Assembly (NCBI GenBank): GCA_963746845.1
Contig: CAVVCZ010000004.1
Coordinates: 1,088,001-1,152,000, forward strand
Source: an uncultured Chloroflexia bacterium
GTDB lineage: Bacteria; Chloroflexota; Limnocylindria; Limnocylindrales; CSP1-4
Length of the DNA: 64,000 bases
Direction: 5' to 3'
Shown: positions 9,616 through 17,475 of the stretch, piece after piece
Position numbering within the stretch: the stretch's first letter is position 1
Layout: every line of letters begins with the position of its first letter
The notes under the pieces: generated by a model
Told to the model about the DNA's origin: nothing
Seen by the model: only the letters and a program-made list of their open reading frames with translations
The model's database searches: none
Position numbers and translations under genes: made by a program

Positions 9616-11444
9616 CGGCTCGCGGCCGTCGGCTGCGCGACGTCCGTGCTGTCCGGGAGGAGATCGGGCGTGGTGATGGCGTCGTGGGCGATCCGGCGGA
9701 ACAGCTCGAACGACATCACGGGCATCTCGAGCCGGCCCTGTTTGGCAACCGTGGGCGTGCCCTCCTCGATCCGGATCGCGACAACCAGATCCGGGTGGCC
9801 GGTCTCGCGCGCGATGTATCCGACGAACGAGTAATTGAAGATGTCTTGCTTCCAGGCGCCGCGTCCCTTGTTGGCCTTCGGATCCCAGATCTGGGCCGTA
9901 CCGGTCTTCCCGCCGACGTCATAGCCGTGGATGAGGGTGCGGTCGCGGTAGAACGGGACCGTTGTCACCACGTGGTTCATCATCCCGACCAGCGTTCTCG
10001 ACAGGTCGGGCGTGATCACCTGGCCACGCGGCGGGATCTCGCGCGCGTTGAGCCCGACCGACGCGACGACGTGCGGCTGGATCAGCTGGCCGCCGTTCAT
10101 CATCGCCGCGTAGGCCGTCGCGAGCTGCATCGGCGTCACGGCCACGCCCTGCCCGAACGAACCGTTCGCGAGGTCGATCTGGCGCCACGGCCGCGTCGCG
10201 GGGTCGCGAACGATCCCGTTGACCTCACCCGAGAGGTCGACGCCCGTCGGACTGCCGAACCCGAACCGCGTCCACGTCGAGTGGAGGAGGGTCGAGGCGG
10301 CGTTCGTGCTCTTGTCCAGCCCGATCGCGACCTTCGCCGCGACGACGTTGCGCGAGTAGGCGATCGCGTCCTGGAACGTGAGCCAGCCCATGGCCTTGTG
10401 GTCCGCATCGTCGACGTGGGTCTGGCCGCCGTCCAGCCTCAGGATTCCCGTGTCCTTCACCTTCGTCATCGTCGTGACCTCGCCCTTCTCGAGCGCGGCG
10501 ACGGTGGTGAGCATCTTGAACACGGAGCCCGGCTCGTAGACGGAGCTGACGATCGGGTCGATGAACCGCGACGGGTTGCTCGCGGCGATCGCCGCGTAGG
10601 CGTTGCCGTCGTAGGACGGATATGACGCCTCGGCGAGGATCTCGCCGGTGTACGGGTTCATCACGATGGCGGAGACCGACTTCGCCCGGTCCGCGGCCCA
10701 CGCGGCGAGGATCTCCTGCTCCACCGACAGCTGGAGGCCGGCGTCGATCGTGAGACGCAGGTCCTCGCCCGGCGCACCGGCATCCTCGACCACCGCCGTG
10801 TCGGGGATCTGGCGCGCGGCGATGTCCCGCTGGGCCTGGACGACCCTCGGCCGCCCGGCGAGCTGCTCCTGGTAGTACTGCTCGACGCCGTACTGGCCGA
10901 CGCCCTCGCGGTTGACGAAGCCGAGGAGCTTCGCAGCGAGCGTCGTGTTCGGCGCACCGCCCGGCTGCGGATAGACGCGGACCGGCTCCGGCTCGAGGCT
11001 GAGGCCCTTCAGGCGGCCGCCCGTGATCGCGGCCTGGATCTGGCCGGCCACGGTCGTGTCGAGCGCGTGGGCGAGGATGACGTACTTCCGCTCGGAGGTC
11101 TCACGATCGGTCAGCGTCTGGACATCCTCGCCGGTGAGGCCGAGGATCGAGACGAGGTCGGCGGCGACGGCCCGTCGGGTGACCGCGTCGATCTCGGACG
11201 GGGTGGAGACGAGGCGCTGTCGCTCGATCGTCGTGGCGAGGACGACGACCCCGGTCCGATCGTAGATGTCGCCCCGCCGGCTCGGTGTCGGCTCGCGCAT
11301 CGTGGTCTGCTGGAGGGCCTCGTCGGCGAGGCGGTCGCGCTGGCCCACCTGCCAGTACGCGAGGCGGGCGAGCAGCGCCGATCCGACCGTTGCGAAGACG
11401 ATCAGGAGGAACAGCGAGCGACGGCGCGAATCGGTGCGACCCAT
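9612..11444 (-). CDS. ftsI: Class B PBP (FtsI/PBP2)
   Basis: N-terminal TM helix, RGDIYDR, EPGSVFK (SxxK), SRN (SxN), KTGTAQ. Confidence 0.95.
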   Translation of the reverse strand: MGRTDSRRRSLFLLIVFATVGSALLARLAYWQVGQRDRLADEALQQTTMREPTPSRRGDIYDRTGVVVLATTIERQRLVSTPSEIDAVTRRAVAADLVSILGLTGEDVQTLTDRETSERKYVILAHALDTTVAGQIQAAITGGRLKGLSLEPEPVRVYPQPGGAPNTTLAAKLLGFVNREGVGQYGVEQYYQEQLAGRPRVVQAQRDIAARQIPDTAVVEDAGAPGEDLRLTIDAGLQLSVEQEILAAWAADRAKSVSAIVMNPYTGEILAEASYPSYDGNAYAAIAASNPSRFIDPIVSSVYEPGSVFKMLTTVAALEKGEVTTMTKVKDTGILRLDGGQTHVDDADHKAMGWLTFQDAIAYSRNVVAAKVAIGLDKSTNAASTLLHSTWTRFGFGSPTGVDLSGEVNGIVRDPATRPWRQIDLANGSFGQGVAVTPMQLATAYAAMMNGGQLIQPHVVASVGLNAREIPPRGQVITPDLSRTLVGMMNHVVTTVPFYRDRTLIHGYDVGGKTGTAQIWDPKANKGRGAWKQDIFNYSFVGYIARETGHPDLVVAIRIEEGTPTVAKQGRLEMPVMSFELFRRIAHDAITTPDLLPDSTDVAQPTAASR

Positions 11445-11462
11445 GGCTGATCCGTCGATGGC

Positions 11463-11846
11463 CTAGTGACTGCCGCCGACGACGACCGGCGCCGACAGCT
11501 GGGTCAGGCCGGCGTCGATCGCGAGCTTCTTGATCGCCGGCTCCTGGCTGAGCCGGTTGAGGTCGGTCATCAGCTCGGACTTGCGGACGAGGAGCGCGTC
11601 CCGCTCGGAGGTCAGGCGCTCCAGGTCGTAGCCCGTCGCCGACACCCGCATCGTCTGCGCCAGCGAGAAGAACGCGAGGACGAACGCGATGACGATCGCG
11701 CCGAGGATGACCGGGAACTGGTTCGCCCGGCGCTTCGCCCGGATCGCCCCACGGACCCGCCGCCGGGGCAGGGTCGGGACGTCGGCGACGCGGGAGCGTC
11801 GGGGCAGGAACGATGAGCGAGGGCGGGCCCCCGAGTAGACCGCCAC
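11463..11846 (-). CDS. ftsL: FtsL-like cell division protein
   Basis: Basic N-terminus, one TM helix, then coiled coil (LERLTSERDALL...ELMTDL); immediately upstream of ftsI; GTG overlaps the TAG of the 66-aa ORF. Confidence 0.7.
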   Translation of the reverse strand: MAVYSGARPRSSFLPRRSRVADVPTLPRRRVRGAIRAKRRANQFPVILGAIVIAFVLAFFSLAQTMRVSATGYDLERLTSERDALLVRKSELMTDLNRLSQEPAIKKLAIDAGLTQLSAPVVVGGSH

Positions 11847-12046
11847 TAGTCGCCCAGGAGGAAGCGAAGGCGCGGAGCCCGGGGATCGAGGAACGACAGC
11901 GGGTCGACTGGCTGGGCGATCCCGAACCCGTCGCCGTCGGGCTCGTCGGCGGCGGGGTTGTGGCGGGCGACGGCCTGACGCTCGTGGATCTCGTGCTGGC
12001 GCCGGCCGTACGACCTCCGTCGGCTGTTCTGATGACGCTTGCTCAC
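11846..12046 (-). CDS. Hypothetical 66-aa basic protein inside the dcw operon
   Basis: Strong SD (GAGAGGAGG) upstream of GTG; its TAG overlaps the ftsL GTG (TAGTG). Confidence 0.65.
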   Translation of the reverse strand: MSKRHQNSRRRSYGRRQHEIHERQAVARHNPAADEPDGDGFGIAQPVDPLSFLDPRAPRLRFLLGD

Positions 12047-12084
12047 GATGAGTCCTCCTCTCTCCGCTCGATGGATGGACGTGT

Positions 12085-13032
12085 TCAGGCAGCCAGGCGC
12101 TCGGCGGCCCGCAGACGGGCGCTCCGGGCACGCGGGTTGACGGCGATCTCCGTCGCCGTCGGGGTCAGGGATGGGCGGGTGACGAGCCGCAGCCGCGGGT
12201 TCCGGCCGCAGACGCAGACCGGCAGCTCGGGCGGGCAGATGCAGCCCCGGCGTTCGGCGGCGATGAACCGCTTGACGATTCGGTCCTCGAGCGAGTGGTA
12301 GCTGAGGACGACGAGCCGGCCGCCCGGCCGCAGGAGGTCGACCGCGGCGGCCAGCCCCTCCTGGAGCGCGTCCAGCTCCGCGTTGACGGCGATCCGGAGC
12401 GCCTGGAAGACGCGGGTCGCGGGATGGATCCGGCGACGGACGCGGGGATTGCCGGGCGCGACCCGCTCGACGAGGGCGGCGAGCTCCTCGGCCGTCGCGA
12501 CCGGGGCCGTCGCGCGCGCCGCGACGATCGACCGGGCGATCCGCGCCGCCTGCGGCTCCTCGCCGTAGCGACGGAAGAGCGCCGTCAGCTCCGCGGTGTC
12601 GAGCGTCGCGAGGAGCTCCGCGGCCGGGACGCCGCGCGACGTGTCGAACCGCATGTCCAGCGGTCCGCCGGTGCGGAACCCGAACCCGCGCTCGCGATCC
12701 GCGAGCTGGAAGCTCGACAGCCCGAGGTCGAACAGGAGGCCGTCGACGGCTTCGAACCCGGCATCCGGGGCCACGGTCCGCAGCTCGCGGAAGTTCGCCT
12801 GGCGCAGGACCAGGCGGTCGCCGAAGCGACGTTGGAGGCGACCGGCGACTCTGGCGATGGCCGCCTCATCGGCGTCGAGGCCGAGGAGGCGGCCATCAGG
12901 CTCGGTCGCCTCCAGGATCCGTTCGGTGTGCCCACCGCCGCCGAGGGTGGCGTCGATCTGCAGGCTGCCGGGAGCTGGAGCGAGCATCGACAAGACCTCC
13001 TCCACCAGCACCGGCATGTGCCCTTCCTGCAT
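12085..13032 (-). CDS. rsmH: 16S rRNA m4C1402 methyltransferase
   Basis: HMPVL, DATLGGGGH, DLGLSSFQL, LDMR, HPATRVFQALRI, YHSLEDR, NPRARSA. Confidence 0.97.
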   Translation of the reverse strand: MQEGHMPVLVEEVLSMLAPAPGSLQIDATLGGGGHTERILEATEPDGRLLGLDADEAAIARVAGRLQRRFGDRLVLRQANFRELRTVAPDAGFEAVDGLLFDLGLSSFQLADRERGFGFRTGGPLDMRFDTSRGVPAAELLATLDTAELTALFRRYGEEPQAARIARSIVAARATAPVATAEELAALVERVAPGNPRVRRRIHPATRVFQALRIAVNAELDALQEGLAAAVDLLRPGGRLVVLSYHSLEDRIVKRFIAAERRGCICPPELPVCVCGRNPRLRLVTRPSLTPTATEIAVNPRARSARLRAAERLAA

Positions 13033-13122
13033 CTCTCCTCCACCGTTCGACGATCGGATCCCGAGCGGACCCTGGAAGCGCATGTGGTTCGTCCGCCGGC
13101 AGGCTGCCGGTGGACGCTGCCC

Positions 13123-13551
13123 TCAGATCCCGAGGCCTCCGATGGCCTCGGCGAGGGCGGCCGGATCCTCGAGGCTCCGGCGATACGGCTCCCATCGATC
13201 GGGAGCCCAGATCTCGGCGTGGTCGCGGGTGCCGACGACCACGGCTTCCGAGCCGAGGCCCGCCATCTCCCGGAGATAGCCCGGGAGCAGGACGCGGCCC
13301 TGACCGTCGAGGGTCGTCTCGACCGCGCCGGCGAAGATGAAGCGCGAGAACCGGCGAGCGTTCTCGTCGGTGACCGGGAGGGTCGCGACCTTCTCCGCGA
13401 GGGCGTCCCAGCCGGTCCGGGTGTGGATCGCCAGGCACGCGTCGAGCCAGCGTGAGACGACGAGCCCCGCGTCCAACTGGGCGCGGAAGCGCGAAGGGAC
13501 GGCGAGCCGCCCCTTGTCGTCCACCGAGTGCCGGTACTCGCCGGTGAACAC
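13123..13551 (-). CDS. mraZ: Transcriptional regulator MraZ
   Basis: MFTGEYRHSVDDKGR and DGQGR motifs; first gene of the dcw operon. Confidence 0.97.
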   Translation of the reverse strand: MFTGEYRHSVDDKGRLAVPSRFRAQLDAGLVVSRWLDACLAIHTRTGWDALAEKVATLPVTDENARRFSRFIFAGAVETTLDGQGRVLLPGYLREMAGLGSEAVVVGTRDHAEIWAPDRWEPYRRSLEDPAALAEAIGGLGI

Positions 13552-13560
13552 CTGACGGGA

Positions 13561-13656
13561 TTCCCCACTTCGGGAGCAATGCCTGGTCGTGGCCTGCGTG
13601 GTCCGGGCCCAGGGTTCCTGTCGAGTTCCCCACTTTGGGCCACTTCACACCACTTC
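13561..13656 (-). promoter_or_regulatory. MraZ-binding direct repeats
   Basis: Minus strand AAGTGGTGTG-AAGTGGCCCA-AAGTGGGGAA with 10-bp period (about 13626-13655), plus AAGTGGGGAA at 13561-13570; matches the known GTGG(G) MraZ box arrangement. Confidence 0.85.
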
Positions 13657-13661
13657 CGGGC

Positions 13662-13689
13662 ATGATAGCGCTCCGAGTCACCCCGTCAA
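13662..13689 (-). promoter_or_regulatory. Sigma70-type promoter of the dcw operon
   Basis: TTGACG-16 nt-TATCAT directly upstream of the MraZ boxes. Confidence 0.7.
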
Positions 13690-13731
13690 CAGGGAAATCC
13701 GCACATCTCGGCCACGGGCCGGCTTCGGTTC

Positions 13732-13933
13732 GGCACGGCGGTCCGAGGTCCGCCCTCGTCCGGAGCGGAGCGGAGGACACACGCCGGCGCCGGAGTCGGG
13801 TCGGCCCGGACCGCCTATCGAGTCGGGGATTCGGTCGGGCACGGCGGTCGGAGGCCCGCCCTCGTCCGGAGCGAAGCGGAGGACACAAGGCGGCGCCGGA
13901 GACGGTCGGGCCGGACCGCCTATCGAGTGGGGG
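13732..13933. repeat. Tandem pair of about 100-bp palindromic REP-like units (period 106 bp)
   Basis: Units start at 13732 and 13838 (GGCACGGCGGTC...GTCCGGAGCG(G/A)AGCGGAGGACAC...CGGACCGCCTATCGAGT); each is closed by GGCGGTC/GACCGCC inverted arms. Confidence 0.85.
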
Positions 13934-14762
13934 TCGGGATCCTCAGCTCGTCGCCGGCGTGGATCGGGACGCGGAGCCTCGGGTTCATCTTCCGCACCTG
14001 GTCGTAGTCGACCCCGAAGTAGTTCGCGATGCTGACGAGGTTGTCGCCGGACCGGATGACGTAGATCCAGCAGTTCTTCGTCGAGGGGCACGGGGTGAGG
14101 AGGACGAACCGGTTGCTGCTCGGTCGCGGGGTCGGCGTCGGCTTCGGTGGCGGGCTCGATGTCGGCGTGAGGCTGGGTGTCGGCGCTGCCGATGGCTCCG
14201 GCGTCGACGACGGCCCGCTCGATGTCGCGGCGGACGCGTCCGCCGTCGGACCGGCCGATCCCGACGGAGACGCACCCGGCGTCGTCGTTGCCGGGGCGCT
14301 GGCCACGGCGACCTGTGATGGGGCCGGCGAGGCAACGCCCAGGGCGAAGCCGCCGCGGATCGCGAGGAAGCCGAACGAAGCCGCGAGGGCGGCCACGAAG
14401 ATCAGCGCCGCCGCGATCACCGCGGTCGAGACCGGTTCACGGACCGGGGTCGCGGGCGTCGCGCCCGCCAGCTGGACGCCGTGGAGGTAACGCGGGCAGT
14501 TGATGTGCGCAGCCGTCAGGCAGACCAGCTCCTGCTGCCGCGGAGACTGCGGGACGGGGCTGCCGAGAGCGACGCAGCGATGGTCCGGATCGACCGCGGG
14601 GATCGCCGGTCCGAGGACCCCTTCGGCACCTTCGCGCTCGAGGTATGGGCAGGTGGGGATCGCGTCGCCGGGAGCCGCGCGAGGGGCCGGACGGAACAGG
14701 GTCTGGCGCGTCGTCGACCGCGGGATGTCGCGGTCCGGCCCGGCCTCGTCGCCCTCCAGCAC
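13920..14762 (-). CDS. LysM-domain membrane protein with N-terminal Cys/His cluster
   Basis: CPYL..C..C..H..CP cluster, TM helix, Pro/Ser/Thr linker, C-terminal LysM (YVIRSGDNLVSIANYFGV...N...IHAGDELRIP); start approximate. Confidence 0.8.
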   Translation of the reverse strand: MLEGDEAGPDRDIPRSTTRQTLFRPAPRAAPGDAIPTCPYLEREGAEGVLGPAIPAVDPDHRCVALGSPVPQSPRQQELVCLTAAHINCPRYLHGVQLAGATPATPVREPVSTAVIAAALIFVAALAASFGFLAIRGGFALGVASPAPSQVAVASAPATTTPGASPSGSAGPTADASAATSSGPSSTPEPSAAPTPSLTPTSSPPPKPTPTPRPSSNRFVLLTPCPSTKNCWIYVIRSGDNLVSIANYFGVDYDQVRKMNPRLRVPIHAGDELRIPTPTR

Positions 14763-14891
14763 GCACCCTCCGTGAACGCCCCCGCCTTGGACGGCGCGGA
14801 GTCTAGTACGTTTGGGATGTTGCCGTTCGATGCGGGACGGTGCTATCGTCCGCCGCCAGATCGGCCGTGGACCGATCGTTCCGCGCGAGGC

Positions 14892-15146
14892 ATGCCACCC
14901 CCCATGGCTCTGCCCCTTCCGGTCGTGACCCCGGAGACCGATCCGTACCGGCTTGCGCCGCAGCGGATCAAGCGCTGCACCTTCCGTCGCCTGATCCAGC
15001 TCGAGAGTGGCCCGGATCGGCTGTACGACGTGGAATGCCTGCTGCCGGACCGTCGCGTGCCGATCCCCCTCGGCCACCTCGATGCGGCCACCCCGATCTG
15101 CAACGCCTGCACCGCGCCGCACACGTTCCGCCCCGACGAGGACTGA
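14892..15146 (+). CDS. Small Cys-rich hypothetical protein
   Basis: GC3-biased ORF with C..C..CxxC; GAGG before ATG; divergent from the LysM gene. Confidence 0.65.
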   Translation: MPPPMALPLPVVTPETDPYRLAPQRIKRCTFRRLIQLESGPDRLYDVECLLPDRRVPIPLGHLDAATPICNACTAPHTFRPDED

Positions 15147-15238
15147 AACCTCAGGCGGATGGGGTCGCGGAGCTCCCCCTCCGACCTCGGTGAGCGAGGG
15201 CCAGCTCGACGCCGAGGGTGCCGGCTCACGGTCGGTGC

Positions 15239-15609
15239 GTCAGCGAGGCCGTCTGTAAGCCGAGTTCTGTCGCGGCGGCTTGCGCCGTCGCGGATGGCCA
15301 TCCATCTGGGGCCGCCGGTTGCCCGACGGCTCATGCGGCCGACCCGAGGGCTGGGCAGCGCACCTCTCCCCCGACGGGTTGCCCCGCGGGTTGCGCCCTC
15401 CTATTTGGCCTTGCTCCGGGTGGAGTTTGCCTCGTTTCACTCCGCCGCCGGCTTGCGCCGACGACGGCATCGTCACTGTGGCACTGGTCCTCGTCTCACG
15501 ACGGACGGGCGTTACCCGCCACCCTGCGCTGCGGAGCTCGGACTTTCCTCACGCCGTTCAACGGGGTTGCCCCCGACGTGGCGCGCGGCCATCCGACGGC
15601 CTCGCTGAC
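15239..15609 (-). ncRNA. rnpB: RNase P RNA (type A)
   Basis: GAGGAAAGTCC, CAGTGCCACAG, GAGCAAGGCCAAATAG, ACAGAACTCGGCTTAC; terminal P1 stem GTCAGCGAGGCCGTC; TAGAAT -10 at 15616-15621. Confidence 0.97.
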
Positions 15610-15656
15610 TCGCTGATTCTAGCCCGGTCGGCCAGATCCACCCACCCGGACGAAGG

Positions 15657-16121
15657 TCAGCGCGCGACCGCCTTCGCCAGCACGATCTCCCCACCGGGCC
15701 CGGCGAGGTGCAGTCGGCCGTCCCCGTCGAGCGCGAGCTGGTTGGCCTGGGCCAGGGCCCCCGAGAAGGCCGTCTCGACGGCGCCGACCCGCTGGTCGAC
15801 GCAGGCCATCGCGGTCATCGCGAGCTGGTCGAAGGCAACCGCACCGGTCGCCTCGTCGTAGCGGAAGCCGCCGCTGAAGTGGTTGCAGCCCCCGCTGCCG
15901 TTGACGTTCCCACCGACGAACTGGATGGTCGGCTCGGACCCCGGGACCGGTGCCTGACCACGGATCGTGATCGCCGTCCAGTTCGGGCCGACGAAGGCCG
16001 ACGCCGACGGCCCGCCCGCCCCGGACGACGCCGGTGGCGTCGTGGTCCCACAGCCGCCGAGGACGGCGAACAGGGACATGACGATCGCGACGAGGCGGAG
16101 GTCGAGGACGGATGGACGCAT
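15657..16121 (-). CDS. META-domain (HslJ-like) lipoprotein
   Basis: Lipobox LGGC; GSGGCNHFSG and TAMAC motifs. Confidence 0.85.
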   Translation of the reverse strand: MRPSVLDLRLVAIVMSLFAVLGGCGTTTPPASSGAGGPSASAFVGPNWTAITIRGQAPVPGSEPTIQFVGGNVNGSGGCNHFSGGFRYDEATGAVAFDQLAMTAMACVDQRVGAVETAFSGALAQANQLALDGDGRLHLAGPGGEIVLAKAVAR

Positions 16122-16147
16122 CAGGCGCACGACGACGACGCGGGCCG

Positions 16148-16627
16148 TCAGGTTCCCGCGACCCGGTCCGGACGCCGAACGATGACCGCCGGTCCGCCGG
16201 CGGCGACCCGGTCGATCGCCTCGTTGCAGAGCGCGTCGGCGAGCGTGTTCTGGGCCCGCGGCACGTGGTCCGCGGACCACCGATCGAACCCGCGCAGGGT
16301 CCGCCGGGCGGCCTCCCAGAGCGGGATCAGCTTGGCGTCCTTGACCCGCCAACGGCCGGCCAGCTGCTCCACGATCAGCTTGGAGTCCAGGAGCATCACG
16401 ACCTCGCGGGCACCGAGGTCGGCGGCCAGGGCCAGGGCGCGCACCACGGCGGTGTACTCGGCGACGTTGTTCGTCTGGACCCCGAGGAACTCCGAGATCG
16501 TCGCGTCCGGCACCGCCCGCGGATGGCGGGCGTCGGGTCGGGCGAGGTCGATCAGGGCGGCTCCCGCGGAGGCCGGGCCGGGGTTGCCCCGCGCCGCGCC
16601 GTCGGTCCGGATGACGAAGCCGCTCAG
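16148..16627 (-). CDS. rnhA: Ribonuclease HI
   Basis: TDGAARGNPGPA, TNNVAEY, DSKLIVEQ, HVPRAQNTLADAL; probable CTG start overlapping the sdhB TGA. Confidence 0.92.
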   Translation of the reverse strand: MSGFVIRTDGAARGNPGPASAGAALIDLARPDARHPRAVPDATISEFLGVQTNNVAEYTAVVRALALAADLGAREVVMLLDSKLIVEQLAGRWRVKDAKLIPLWEAARRTLRGFDRWSADHVPRAQNTLADALCNEAIDRVAAGGPAVIVRRPDRVAGT

Positions 16628-17475
16628 GCGAGGTCTCCCTCGTCCGGGCCTGTGGCCGATGCCGGGCCGGCCGGCGCCGCGCCGGGCGTGCCGGACGGCA
16701 CCACCGGAAGCTGGGTCCCGGCCGCCCCGGAGCCACCACCCCGGATCCGACGCCACAGCATCTGGAGCGGGTCGTAGTGCTTGTCCGCGACCCGCTCCTT
16801 GAGCGGGATGATCGCGTTGTCCGTGATCTTGATGTGCTCCGGGCAGACCTCGGTGCAGCACTTCGTGATGTTGCAGTACCCGATCCCGCCCTCGTCCTTC
16901 AGCCAGGTCGTCCGATCGGCCCCGTCGGCGGGGTGCATCTCGAGGCCGGCAGACCGGACGAGGAACCTCGGCCCGAGGAACGGCCGCTCGATCTCGTGGT
17001 TGCGGAGGACATGACAGACGTCCTGGCACAGGAAGCACTCGATGCACTTCCGGAACTCCTGGACCCGCTCGATGTCCTGCTGCTGCCAGCGCCAATCCTC
17101 GACCGGGATGTCCGTCGGCGGCTGGAACGGCGGGATCGCCTTGTTGATCTCGTAGTTCCACGACACGTCGGTCACGAGGTCCCGGATCAGCGGGAACGCC
17201 CGCATCGGCTCCACGGTGATCGGCTCGGCTGGGTCGAAGTCGGACAGGCGCGTCTTGCACGTGAGGCTGGGCCGGCCGTTGACCTCGGCGCTGCACGACC
17301 CGCACTTGGCGGCCTTGCAGTTCCAGCGGACGGCGAGATCGGGGGCCGCGTGGGCCTGGATCCAGTGCAGGGCGTCGAGGACGACCATCCCCTCCTCGAC
17401 CGGCACCTCGAACTCCGCGAACGTGCCGGGCTCCCTGGGCGAGCCGCGGAAGATCCGCATCAGGATGTTCGGCAT
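16624..17475 (-). CDS. sdhB: Succinate dehydrogenase/fumarate reductase Fe-S subunit
   Basis: WNCKAAKCGSC, CIECFLCQDVC, CNITKCCTEVCP. Confidence 0.95.
   Translation of the reverse strand: MPNILMRIFRGSPREPGTFAEFEVPVEEGMVVLDALHWIQAHAAPDLAVRWNCKAAKCGSCSAEVNGRPSLTCKTRLSDFDPAEPITVEPMRAFPLIRDLVTDVSWNYEINKAIPPFQPPTDIPVEDWRWQQQDIERVQEFRKCIECFLCQDVCHVLRNHEIERPFLGPRFLVRSAGLEMHPADGADRTTWLKDEGGIGYCNITKCCTEVCPEHIKITDNAIIPLKERVADKHYDPLQMLWRRIRGGGSGAAGTQLPVVPSGTPGAAPAGPASATGPDEGDLA

Noticed and set aside
12205-12250. CxC...CxC motif in the RsmH C-terminus
   Set aside because: Common in RsmH from Firmicutes and related phyla; not novel
13732-13933. Possible mini CRISPR array
   Set aside because: Only two long units, no repeat-spacer pattern, no cas genes
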